Source: Podarcis erhardii | Taxonomy: Eukaryota | Strand: one strand, 5' to 3' | NCBI GenBank assembly: GCA_964252035.1 | Contig: OZ176216.1 | DNA: 64,000 nt | Shown: positions 1-10,712 of the stretch, piece after piece | Layout: each line of letters begins with the position of its first letter | How positions within the stretch are numbered: position 1 is the first letter of the stretch | Notes under the pieces: model-generated | Told to the model about the DNA's origin: nothing | Databases searched by the model: none | The model's input: the letters and a program-made list of their open reading frames with translations, nothing else | Position numbers and translations under genes: made by a program

Positions 1-174
1 GGTCCCAAAGGATGCAGAGAACAGGTGGGCTAAGCAAGCCCTTCTTGTGGGCCCTGTGATGTTTGCAGCCTTTATTTGTAAGGTGAGAGAGGGACGTGGC
101 TGCTCCGCGCTTGGAGACAGCTCACCGGGTCCATCTCTGCATCCGTGAGCGCACACATGCAAGCACACACTCAC

Positions 175-328
175 CAATCAGGGGCACCACAAGGATGAAC
201 TGCCGGCAGTCCAGGAGCTTGACCAGGCTGCCCAGATGGTCAATGAAGCCGTTGGTGTCTGGCACCAGGAAGACGGGGCGGATCTCCAGCTCCATCTGCC
301 GCACTTGGGCCTGGTCCTTCAGCACCGC
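175..328 (-). CDS. SMG6: SMG6 coding exon (~exon 16), 154 nt, start of PIN domain: AVLKDQAQVRQMELEIRPVFLVPDTNGFIDHLGSLVKLLDCRQFILVVPLI
   Basis: Acceptor tttttgtgctag|GCG and donor ATTG|gtgagt. The FLVPDTN motif carries the first catalytic Asp of the PIN nuclease (human D1251). Confidence 0.97.
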
Positions 329-804
329 CTAGCACAAAAAAATCCCCGCCTTTGAGCCGAGGGGGATTCTCCCAGCATGCACCAGGGGGTCCCCCCTCCC
401 CAAATTCTGCACAGCCTGAAGCGTGATGGAAACCAAGCAGCTTGGTGCTGAACCCTTTCCCTCCCGCGCAGACCTGCCTGGGCCTTTCAGATCAGCCTCA
501 GAGATGTCAAAGTAGAACTGGAAGGGACCCCAGGGGTCATCTAGTCCAACCCCCCTGCAGGAATCACAACTAAGCTCGCCCCAGAGCCATCGCCTCAAGC
601 TCTCAGGTGAGCGAGGGGCCTTTTCAGTGGAGCCCCCTCCCAGAAGAGACATTTGTATGTGCGTGTGGGTTGTCATTTATGTTTTGACAGGTTTTTCATA
701 CTGGCTTCTCTGCTTGAGGGGGCTCTTTTCAGTTTTGTTGATTATTATGGTTTATTCCGTGTATTAATCATTAGTCTATTAGTCTCCATCTCCATCGTTC
801 TGCC

Positions 805-1090
805 CGGACACTGAGGTCCAGCTCCGAGGGCCTTCTGGCGGTTCCCTGACTGCGAGAAGTGAGGTTACAGGGAACCAGGCAGAGGGCCTTCTCGGTGGTG
901 GCGCCTGCACTGTGAAACACCCTCCCACCAGATGTCAAGGAAATAAAGAACTATCTGACTTTTAGAAGGCATCTGAAGGCAGCCCTGTTTAGGGAAGTTT
1001 TTAATGTCTGATGTTTTATTGTATTTTTAATATTTTGTTGGAAGCTGCCCAGAGAGGCTGGGGTGAGGTATAAATAAATAAAATAATATA
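805..1090 (+). mobile_element. L2 LINE 3' end
   Basis: Motifs GGCCTTCTCGGTGGTGGCGCC...GAAGGCAGCCCTGTTTAGGGAAG...GGAAGCTGCCCAGAG followed by a (TAAA)n tail, typical of squamate L2. Confidence 0.8.
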
Positions 1091-1104
1091 AAAGAGTCTC
1101 AAGC

Positions 1105-1545
1105 TTCTGTGATGCACTTCTAAGAGGTGACTTGACTGAAGTTTATGAAATGATGCCTGGCCTGGAGAAAGCGGATAAAGGAAAGTTTCCCTCCCTCTCT
1201 CCTACACTAGAACTGCTGGACGTGTGGAGTGTCGGGAGATTCAGGGCAGATACAAGAAAGTCCTTTTCATGCAGGAGAGAGCGATGGCCGCCAACTGGGA
1301 TGGCTTTAGAAGAGCATTTGACAAATTCACAGAGGAGGAGGAGAGGGCTACGGAGGGTGGCTAGCCACAAGGGCTGTGCTCTCTCGCCACAGTCGGAGCC
1401 TGAATCCCAGCTGCTGGAAATCGCAGGAGGGGAAAGTTGCGCTCAGGCCTTGCTTGCTGGGGCATCTGACTGGCCACTGCAAGACCAGGAGGCTAGACTA
1501 GATGGGCGGCTGGCCTGATGCAGCAGGCCCTGCTCAGGTTCTTCT
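1105..1545 (+). mobile_element. CR1 LINE 3' fragment (ORF2 end + 3' UTR)
   Basis: Peptide (D)MTEVYEMMPGLEKADK...GRFRADTRKSF resembles the CR1 ORF2 C-terminus. The 3' UTR ends ...GGCCTGATGCAGCAGG...TTCTT. Confidence 0.8.
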
Positions 1546-1639
1546 GCTTTTTCTTTTTATGTCCCGGGAGCTGAGGAGGCGGCACTTGCGAACCCACCCA
1601 CCCTGAACTGCTCCTGCAGCCCTGTCCGCATTTAGCTTT

Positions 1640-2650
1640 GCAGGAATGGCACAGCGAGGAATGTAAAAATACTGCCACGACGTCACACATGTTCCCGGTG
1701 GGAGGAGCTGCTCCTGCCGTGCCCCTGACATGCGCATCCGGTGCCCAGGAGGTGCCGCCCTCCCTCCCCAGGCTCCTTGGCCCAGACTCCCGGGCTCCTG
1801 GCAAGGCTGAGCGAGGCCTGTGCCGGCCGTCACGTCCCATCCTGCCCCCCTGGGCTGGCCAGGGAGAGGACGACAGGATGTGCATGGTGGTGCTGCTGGG
1901 GAGGGTGCCAAGTCCCCCCTCCCCTGCGTTCAAGGAGCCGGAGGGGAACTCGCCTCAGCAGGGTTCAGAGGCCAGGAGGAGGTTTGTTTGCGTTTGACAG
2001 GGGCTGGCCGAGGGGGTACGGGGGGGGGGGGGAGCGGCAACATCCGGCTGGGCCAGAGAGAGGGGCGTCTGCAACAGGGGTGGAAAAGGCTGTGGAACAG
2101 CGGACAGGTGGCTGCAGGGGCACCCAGAGGCAGCCGGGTGCCCCCTCCGCTAGAACCCGTCCCCAAAAGGCTTCCTTGAGAAGAATGGCAACTGAGGGCG
2201 TGCAAAGCTGCTTTGCCCTTCCTGCTGCAGGTTGGGGAAGAGGGAAAACAGTTTCCTGGGGAAGACTGTCCCTGAGCGCGTGCAAAGTTGCAGGCGTCGC
2301 TGGGGAAGAGAGGGAAGGGGTGCAGAGGAGGCCCAAACTTCCATGCCACGAGAGAGGCTTGGCAACTGGTGAGCGGCAGGTTCCGCCGCCCTGCCGGACG
2401 CCCCGTGGCGCTTGTTTATCGTCACTGCGCCCGCCCTGGAGCCGCCTGGGTGGGGGTTGCCCTTCCGCCGCTGGCAGGTGCCTGGTTGTCCGTCCGCGTG
2501 CGCACGTGCTGGACGACTCGGAGGAGGGCTAAATATAGGCAGAGCGTCTCCCCGCAGCCCACCCGCCCCGCCCGCCCGCAGCTGGACCTGGCGAGGGGGG
2601 CGGGAGTGCGGCTATTCCGGGCAGCCCCCCTGGGGAGAGCTGCTGCCCTG
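1640..2650. promoter_or_regulatory. Intronic CpG-island-like region; candidate enhancer or promoter
   Basis: Very GC-rich with many retained CpGs and no recognisable repeat. Contains a MEF2-type CTAAATATAG (2529-2538), an E-box CACGTG and GC boxes. Function is inferred only. Confidence 0.4.
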
Positions 2651-2982
2651 CTCGGCAGTGCCCAGAGGAAGAGCTTGTTATGGTTCAGGTGGGAATGTTT
2701 CAGCTGGGCAGGAAATGCCTCCACTCCAGGCAGACAAAGGACCGGGCAGAGGGGTGGGGGGCAGAAAGAGTGCAAAGCGCTCCTTCTGTTGGCTAAATGA
2801 CACCTCCCCCCCCCCCCCGCCCAGTCTGAGACAGGTTTGGATGGCCAAGATTCTGCCTCAGAATGCATGGGAGAGACTCACATGGTGCCTCTGAGCTTAT
2901 GGGGAGTTGAGTGTCCTCCCACGGCACAAGAATATCAAAACAGCCTGGATTAGAGCGGGGGGCGGGGGGGGGGGCGGGGGCA

Positions 2983-3850
2983 TACTAGTCCAAAATCCTG
3001 TTCTCAGAGTAGCCAAGCAGATGCCCCAATGCGAAGCCCATAAGCAAGCAGGACCTGAGTGCAAGATCAGCTGCTCTCCCCATTTAAAGGTAAAGGTTAA
3101 AGGGACCCCTGACCATTAGGTTCAGTCGTGACCGACTCTGGGGTTGTGCCGCTCATCTTGCTTTACTGGCCGAGGGAGCCAGCATGACTAAGCTGTTTCT
3201 GGCAAACTAGAGGAGCGCACGGAAACACTGTTTACCTCCCCGCCGGAGCAGTACCTATTTGTCTACTTGCACTTTGATGTGCTTTCGAACTGTTGGTGGG
3301 CAGGAGCAGGGACCGAGCAACAGGAGCTTGCCCCGTCGCAGGGATTTGAACCGCCGACCTTCTGATCGGCAAGCCCTAGGCTCTGTGGTTTAACCCACAG
3401 TGCCACCCGTGTCCCAAATGCTCTCCCCATTTACGAATCCCAAAAACTATTATCCGAAAGCATTTACTGCCTCCGACAGTTGCCTGGATTTGGGGCCAAA
3501 CTCTGGCCCTTTTGGCCTGGCTACCAGCCCTGCTGCTGCTGCTGCTGCCTCTCCTTCCGTGGCCTTTGCTGAGCTGGCAGTGGTCTTTACGTAGAGAATG
3601 CTCTCTCTCTCCCCCCCCCCCCCGCCCCGCTTGCTGTGCCGCTCTCATTTGGGTATTGAGGAGAAATCTCCATGGCATTTCTGCTTTCTCCTGCTTCATC
3701 CTGTGGAGACGAAGCGGAGCCACTGCAGTTAGGAGCCATCGGCAGCCCTCTCCTCCGGCACGAATCTGTCCAGCCCTCTTTTAAAGCCATCCAGGTTGGG
3801 GGCCATCCTGCAGGAAGGAGTTCCACAATTTTAACTAGGCACTGCGTGGC
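2983..3850 (-). mobile_element. CR1 3' fragment broken by a Sauria SINE (3087-3418) and an unnamed repeat (3481-3700)
   Basis: Segments 2983-3086, 3419-3480 and 3701-3850 are colinear with other CR1 3' ends in the window, for example 13715-14075. Confidence 0.7.
3087..3418 (-). mobile_element. Sauria SINE (lacertid type), internally deleted, 15-bp TSD
   Basis: Runs from GGTAAAGG...GGGACCCCTGACC (reverse-complemented ACCTTT tail) to CCACCCGTGTCCC. TSD TGCTCTCCCCATTTA at 3072-3086 and 3419-3433. Confidence 0.9.
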
Positions 3851-5385
3851 TTGCCACCTTGGGTGCCCCCCTTGGCTTGCCCGTGCCAGGTCCTGCTGCC
3901 CTCCCAATCTCTTGCTGCTTTTGGAGTGGCCCAGGATGGCAGAGCCACCCACCCAGAGGACGCACGGCTCCCTGCCGGCTCTCCTTGCAGCCTCAGCTCC
4001 AGCCAAGCGAGCTTCACGCTCTCTCCCCCCTGTGCCTCATGTGTTGGGTCGCTCTGGCTTGCCAGAACGCAGGGCCCTTTCTTTCTTTCTTCCTCTCCTC
4101 TCCTCCTGGCAGGCAGGGAGGCAGGCAGGCAGGCAGAGCGGCTGGCTGGCTGCAGCCTCAGCCATTGGGCCACGGTGGGCCTGGAGAGCAGAGAAAGAGA
4201 GAGCACAAGAGAGAGCGCTGGTGGTTCTGGGCCCGCAGCCAACAGCCGGCGGGTACACATGTGCGCTGCTCTCCCAGTAGGGCCTTCAGCGGCCCTGTTT
4301 TACAACCACCTCGGCACAGACTCCAGAGTTCACGCATATGGCTAGACAGATGTGTTTGGCTGGCGTTCAAGGCTGGGAAATGAAGAGTTATGGAAGTGAA
4401 GAGGGCCCTGGGCACTGCAAGGAGAGAGAATTTGGGGCAGGGGGAGAGAGAGGAGAGAGAGAGAGAGAGAGAGAAGGAGGGAGGAGGAATTTCCCTTGGC
4501 TGTAGGGAGCCAGCCAGCCAGCCAGCCTGCAGGCTCCAGAGGCAAGCCAGCCAACGCCCTAGGGCACACACACACACACACACACTCTCTCTCTCTCTCC
4601 CCTGCAGTTGGCACAGTGGTGCTTCGAACTGCCGTTTATTTCATTCTATTAATCAATGAATGAATTAAATTTGCCCACCACCCTTCATCTGTAGAGGTCG
4701 GTTTACAGCAGAATCAACAGGACTACGAAGGGGGGGGGATGTCGTGGTGAGCTCTGCTGCGGTTTGGGGGATGTGGGACTCAGGCGCAGCAAAGCCTTCC
4801 AGTTCAGCTCCTGTCCCGCGTGAGATTTACGATGCAGAGGCGGTTAGGGACTTTAGGACTGCCACCTTGGTCCTGGAGGCTGCTGCCCCCGACTCGCCCG
4901 ATGATCCGCCTGGCCCAGCAAGGGGGGAGGGTGTGCCGCACTGATGGTTCTTGGGATTGCGCTCCCAAAAGCTTCCCAGAGATGTGCGGTTGGCATCACC
5001 ACTGAGGCTAATCTACCCATTTGTCTAATTCTCTTTTAAAGCCATCCAGGTTGGTGGCCATCGCTGTCTCCTGCAGGAGTCAGTTCCACAATTTAACTTT
5101 GCATTGTGTGAAGGAGGAGTTTCCCCCCGTGTCCTGAATCTCCCAACATTCAGCTTCCCTGGATGCTCACGAGATGTAGTGTTAGGAGAAAGGAAGGAAA
5201 GCTTATTTCTAGCCGCACCTCGCGTATTTTATGTTTTTTGTTCACAGCTTATTTTTGCTGTACGTTTGTTAAACTCATCTGCTGGGTTTTTTTAAAAAAA
5301 GAATTCCACTTATATGTTGCATGAAATGTGTGATATGCCACCTTGGAACATTTTCAATGAAAGGCTGTTAGGAAATATTTAAAGC

Positions 5386-5629
5386 CAGGGGCAGGGAACC
5401 TTTTGTTCAGGCCTTAGGGCCACATTCCCTTCCAGGGGCCCCATGTGCAGGGCCAGAGGCAAGGGCAAATTATGCACATTTAATTTAGGCTAGCTTCTGC
5501 AGACACTCAGACACCTCCCAAAACCACGTGAAGTATTAAGCAGAGCTAGAAAGGGGCTTGGGAGATTTCCAAGGGCCGGGCGCTGAGGCTTGGAGGGCCG
5601 TATTTGGGGCTTGAAGCTTCCTACCTCTG
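5386..5629. mobile_element. Old hAT-like MITE
   Basis: Ends CAGGGGCAGGGAACC / AGCTTCCTACCTCTG. TSD not preserved. Confidence 0.5.
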
Positions 5630-5746
5630 CTATAAGTAAATGGATACATGCATGCAAGCTGAGATTCCTGAGCTGCAGGGGTTGGACTAGATGCCTCTGG
5701 GGACCCCTTCCAGCTTTACAATTCGACCACGCGCCCCAATGCAAAC

Positions 5747-5893
5747 CTGGATCTTGTCTTGCCGGCGCTGCTGTTCGGCCACCTTCCTGGTCAGCGCTTG
5801 CTTCTTGGCCCGCAGCTCCCTGATGTCCAGCTCTCCGCCGCTGCCGTCGGCCTCCGAGTCGTCCTCAAAAGCCTCGATCCGGACATCGTCCTC
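5747..5893 (-). CDS. SMG6: SMG6 coding exon (~exon 15), 147 nt, EDDVRIEAFEDDSEADGSGGELDIRELRAKKQALTRKVAEQQRRQDKIQ
   Basis: Long pyrimidine tract, then gacaag|GAG; donor CAG|gtttgc. 49 codons. Acidic linker and coiled coil preceding the PIN domain. Confidence 0.95.
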
Positions 5894-6494
5894 CTTGTCA
5901 CCAGCCAGGAGGAGGGGAGGAAGAAGAAAAGAAGGGGCGGTTGGGAAGGACAATTTCAACAAAGGAAAGCAAGCTAGCAAGCTATATGCAGGGCTTTTGG
6001 TCCCCCCTCCCTGTTCCGTCTTCCCGCCATGAACACTGGGAATTGCACGGCTGATCTCGCTGCAGGAGGATGGGAGCCCCTTTAGGGAACTACAATTCCC
6101 AGGGATCCTTGGGAGCAGACGCTGCACCGTGGCTCACCCCTTCGCCTCCTCACTGCGAGAAACTCCTCCTGCTGCTACTGCTGGGAAAGGACCAAGGGCG
6201 GGGAGACGTTCCCCATCACAGAACTGCAGAGCTGGAAGGGACCCTGAGGGTCATCTAGCAATTGCAGCTGAAGGATTCCTGACAGACTCCACCACCTCCC
6301 AGCCCCTGGGCTCCTGCACAGGCACCACATGTTTCACAGGGACACACAAGATATTCTGCTCCAAACCCCTTCTGAAAAAGGGGAAAGGAAGCAGCAGCAG
6401 CCCATTGGAGGTCCTTGTCTCCTCGGCCCAAGGCTGGGCAAAAGGGTCTCCCCAGCCTCAGACTCCAAAGTCTCTCCTCCTCTATCCTGCACAA

Positions 6495-7120
6495 GAACCT
6501 CAGAAGAGCCAGATGGATCAGGCCAGTGGCCCCTCCAGTCCAGCCTGCTGTCCCCACAGGGGCAAACCAGATGCCCATTACGGGAAACCCACAAGCAGGA
6601 TCTGAGCACAAGAGCCTTCTCCCCTCCTGCAGTTCCCAGCAACTGGGATTCAAAAGTATTGCTGCCTCTGACCGCGGAGGCAGAGCCAAGCCCCTGGGCT
6701 AGTAGCCACTGACAGCCCTCTCCTCCTCTGTGAATCTGTCTGATCCTATTTTTAAACCTATCCATGTTGGTGGCCATCCCTGCCTCCAGTGGGAGGGAGT
6801 TCCATAGTTCAACTCAGCACTGCGTGAAGGACTCTCTTTTATCCATCCTCAATTTCCCAACGTTCAGCTTCAACACATATCCTTGAGTTCTCACGTTATG
6901 AGTGACTTTTCTTTATCTGCTTTCTCTATGCCATGTATGACTTTTATAAACTTCTATTGTGTTGCCTCTCACTCGCCTTTTCTCTAAAGTAATCCTCAAA
7001 GCTGCAACCTTCCTTCACGGGGGAGTCTCTCAATTCCCTCAATTATTTGGGCTGCCCTTTTCTGATCTTTCTCCCTGCTCTAAAATATCCTCTTTCAGGT
7101 GAGGCGACCAGAACGGTCCT
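6495..7120 (-). mobile_element. CR1 3' fragment (~620 bp)
   Basis: The 3' UTR (GGATCAGGCCAGTGGCCC...AAGCAGGATCTGAGC) continues into ORF2-derived sequence (GGAGTTCCATAGTT...TTCTCTAAA). Confidence 0.8.
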
Positions 7121-8016
7121 CCTCTGCGGATTTTATCTGTAAGCCGCCTTGTGTCAGGGAAAAAGGAGGGGTGTAAATAAACAAATCTGTCCCATCCTCT
7201 TTTAAAGCCATCTAGGCTGGTGGCTGCTTCCTGTGGGAGCGAGTTCCGCAGTTTAACTCTGTGGAGAACTTTCTTCTGCCTCCCACCCGCTTCCCGTTCT
7301 CTGACCTCCTGCGAGATTCTCCTCAAGGCAAGCGCAGCCTTGCAGAGCAGCTGGCAGGGATGCTGAACCAACACCAAGCGCTCACACACTCTCACACACG
7401 GACGGCCTGCAGAGAACCCCGGGCTACAGGAACAAGCTGGGGCAGAAAAACAAGAGGAGAAATTCCTTAATCACATCAGGATGTGTGTGTGTGAAAGAGA
7501 GAGCGCGAGAGGCAAAGGGAGGGCAGGGAAGAGGAGGCGGGGGGGGGGGGAGAGAAGAGCCAGCACCAAGCCCCTCTCTTCCTGTACGTGGGCTGCTGTT
7601 CGGCGCTGCTTCTCACCCCCCCTCCACCGTCCCAATAAACTCGATCCTGAGCCTGAACCCTCACCCTGCTCTGCCTCCCACCCCCCAACCCTTTCCTGCT
7701 GGGCCTGAGCTGCACGTTATTAAAGCTGTGCCCCCCACCCTGAAAGGAATCGTTATTTGGAAAGCGCATCTGGAACTCATCGCTGTTGCCAGAGAGAGAG
7801 ACAGAGAGAGACAGAGAAATAAAGGCTGCTGGCAGGAAGGGGCACATATGAGTGCAGCGGCGGCAGCAGCAGGACCCCCCCCAAAGGCTGGTCTTCCTCC
7901 TCCTCCTCCTGGCCAGCTATAAATAGCGGGGAGCGCGGCCAGCCCAGGCCCCGCTGGGGCAATTGCTCCTGCTGCTGCCTGCGCTGATCTCTCTCCCCCC
8001 CCCCGCCCTCCGGTAC

Positions 8017-8193
8017 CTGATCTTCCAGTTGTTTTCCCTCTTGGCTGGCTGCTTCCTTTCCCATGGCGTCTGGGACGGGGGCCACTGACACATACTTTCC
8101 ACCCTTGAATGCCAGCAATGGCTCTTCTTGGCCACAGAGGGCTTCCAGGAAATACTTCAGCACAGTGACCCGCTTGCAGTCCGCCGCAATGAC
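8017..8193 (-). CDS. SMG6: SMG6 coding exon (~exon 14), 177 nt, VIAADCKRVTVLKYFLEALCGQEEPLLAFKGGKYVSVAPVPDAMGKEAASQEGKQLEDQ
   Basis: Acceptor ctcctccgtag|GTC and donor CAG|gtaccg. 59 codons, phase 0/0. Confidence 0.97.
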
Positions 8194-8429
8194 CTACGGA
8201 GGAGCCAGGATGAGAGAGATGGAGGGGGTGGGGACACACAACAAGATACAGAGGTCAGAGGGCATTGTCTGGGCAGGGGGGACGGGACAGGGCGCAGGCA
8301 CGTAGCAGAGCCAGAGGGAAACCCGGGTTTGAGTCCTGCTGGCAACATGGCAGCAACCAACCTCTCCGACACTAAACAGGCTGCTGGGCCGTTGGCCAGG
8401 AGAGGAGAGGGCATCTGTGGCTAAGGAGA

Positions 8430-8625
8430 GAAGCAGTGGGGCATAGTGGTTAGTGTGCTGAGCGAAGGCCTGGGATCAAATTCCTGCTCAGCCAGGAAGC
8501 TCACCAGCCGACTTCGCCCTGGTCACTTGTCTCTAAGGCTCACACTCTACAGGGTTGTTGTGGAGATTGAAGGGAGAGAGGGAGAAGGTTCACACCATTG
8601 TGGGCTCCTTGGAGGAACAGTGGGA
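8430..8625 (+). mobile_element. MIR/CORE-like SINE
   Basis: tRNA-like head (GGCATAGTGGTTAG...GGATCAAATTCCTGCTCAGCC) and core CTACAGGGTTGTTGTGGAGAT. Related copies at ~25150-25390 (-), 39111-39340 (-), 47885-48090 (+), 58260-58480 (+) and 61370-61590 (+). Confidence 0.65.
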
Positions 8626-9322
8626 TATCCTGTTCTCCAGATCCTCGGAGCTTCAAGTTGGAGATGCCAAACCTCTGATGGAGGGGGCGGCTCTTGTGGC
8701 ATTATGAGAACATGATCCGAGAGACTTCTCTGCCCGCTGCGACTACTCATGACAGCAAACGGACTTCCGAGCTGGACTCAGCTCTGGGACCTTCCCTTTT
8801 ATGCATCTATATTTAAACTATCGTATCTCTCTTTATCAATTTCTATATCAATCTCTAAACCTGGCAAACCTTTGAAGCAGTTGAAACAATAAAAGAGTTC
8901 AATACAATAACAGGTGGGAATGTAGATACAGAAAAGGGGAGCGTTTTAGGGTGCTCCAGCATGAGGGCCTGTTCCAGCCACATGTTGGATCCGCCCAGGA
9001 AAGAAGCTTTCCAGGTTTGGCAGGGCAAGCTGCCCCACTCCTGCAACCCGTAGGAGAGCCTCCGATGGGCACCAGGTTGGCCAAGGCTGGCCAAAACTGT
9101 GCCACCCTTTTCCTCCTTGCGGGTTTCCCTTTGGGCATCTAGGTGGCCACTGTGAGGAAAGGATGAGGGGCCAGATGGGCCACTGGCCTGATCCAGGAGG
9201 CACTTGGACCAGACCAGCACCCTGCTCTCCACAGTGGCCAAGAAGACACTCAAAGCAGGGTTCGAAAGGGACACCCCTTTCCTGCTGCAGCTGCCCAGTG
9301 AATGGTGCTCAAGAGGGTAGAC

Positions 9323-9578
9323 CGGGTGCCAGCAACCTTTTTCAGCCCTGGGCCGGTCCATCGTCCCTCAGACCATGTGGGGGGCCGGACTATATTTTTT
9401 GGGGGGGAGGGGGAATGAACGAATTCCTGTGCCCCACATATAACCCAGAGATGCATTTTAAATAAAAGGACACATTCTACTCTTGTAAAAACACGCTGAT
9501 TCCAGGACTGTCCACGGGCCGGATTGAGAAGGCGATTGGGCCACATCCGGCCCACGGGCCTTAGGTTGCCTACCCCTG
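9323..9578. mobile_element. hAT MITE, 256 bp, perfect 8-bp TSD
   Basis: Ends CGGGTGCCAGCAACC / CAGGGGTAGGCAACC (imperfect TIR). TSD GGGTAGAC at 9315-9322 and 9579-9586. Confidence 0.88.
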
Positions 9579-10534
9579 GGGTAGACTGTGCCTGGATGTG
9601 GAAGCTCCATGTGCCCATCAAGATCAGCAGCCCCTGCCAGCCCTCTCCTCCTCCTCGGATATGTCCAATCCTCCCAAAGCCTCTTACGCTAGCAGCCATC
9701 ACTGCCCCATGTTCCAAGCCAGTGACACACCCGGGTGAAGAAATCCTTCCTTCTCTCGCCAGCCTGGGAGGGCTGCGATCCTTGACAGGCTCGGCTCTGA
9801 TGGACAGGGCTTCCGAGAGAGAGCCTGTAGGGCGGTCGAGGGAAGTGAGAGGAGGGAACCTGGGCTGGGGAGGGAGAGAAGGGAGGGCAGGCAGGCATCC
9901 CAGCATTGTTGGTGCAGACTCCTGCTCCTCCATGCCCATTTCAAAGGCACAAAAAAGCAAGGTGGTGTTTTTCTTTTTTTTTGGGGGGGGTGCCCTCCTT
10001 CCTGCTGCCCTCCTTCACTTCAGGGAATTGGTGCTTCTGCTGTGGCCAGGTCCCCCCAGAAGGGATTTCAAGGTGAAAATGTAGACCCACCCACCCCACA
10101 TGGCAAGTGCCCATGCTGGCTGACTGCAATGCCTGCCAGACAAAGGAGTCACAGAACTGTAAAACTGGAAAGTACCCCCAAAGGTCATCCAGTCCAACCC
10201 CCTGCCATGTAGGAGTCACAGGAGCCCCAAGAGTCTGAGAAAAACATGAGATGGGAAGCCGCAGGATGGAAGACGGCTGCCGGACAGCTGTTCCCCCTGT
10301 GTCCTCAGCTCCTCCCATCTTGTCCCATTCTGCGCTGCATCCTTCACTGAGCTATAGACCTTTCCGTTAAAGTAAAGGAAGATTCTAGTCCTCATGGCTC
10401 TCAATAAAAGGCTGAAACAGGAACCTAGGAAGTGGCCTTATACCCAGTCAAACCAATGGTTCATTTAACACAATAGTGTCTACACTGACTGGCAGCAGCT
10501 CTCCAGGGTTTCAGGCAGGAGTCTCTCCCAGTCT

Positions 10535-10712
10535 AGGAAATAAAACAACTATTTGACTTTTAGAAGACGTGTGAAGGCAGTCCTGTACAGGGAGGTTTTA
10601 AATGTTTGATGTTTTATTGTGTTTTTAATATTTTGTTGGGAGCTGCCCAGAGTGGCTGGGACAACCTAGTCTGATGGGTGGCATATGAACAATAAAGTTA
10701 TTATTATTATTA
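10535..10712 (+). mobile_element. L2 3' end
   Basis: Similar to 940-1090, with a (TTA)n tail. Confidence 0.78.

Noticed and set aside
1741-2800. Long overlapping ORFs in GC-rich regions (for example 263 aa at 1741-2532, 261 aa at 20773-21558, 300 aa at 61984-62886)
   Set aside because: Low-complexity Pro/Gly/Arg/Ala content, no recognisable domain, and open in several frames at once, as expected from stop-codon scarcity in GC-rich intron.
3477-3702. Solo LTR interpretation of the unnamed repeat (TG at 3481, CA at 3697-3698)
   Set aside because: The flanks CAGT and TCCT do not form a TSD, and the second copy lacks the CA end.
3512-3784. Signal-peptide-like ORFs (MAWLPALLLLLL..., and 40521-40841)
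   Set aside because: The poly-Leu comes from the (CTG)n tract of the unnamed repeat, not from evidence of a secreted peptide.
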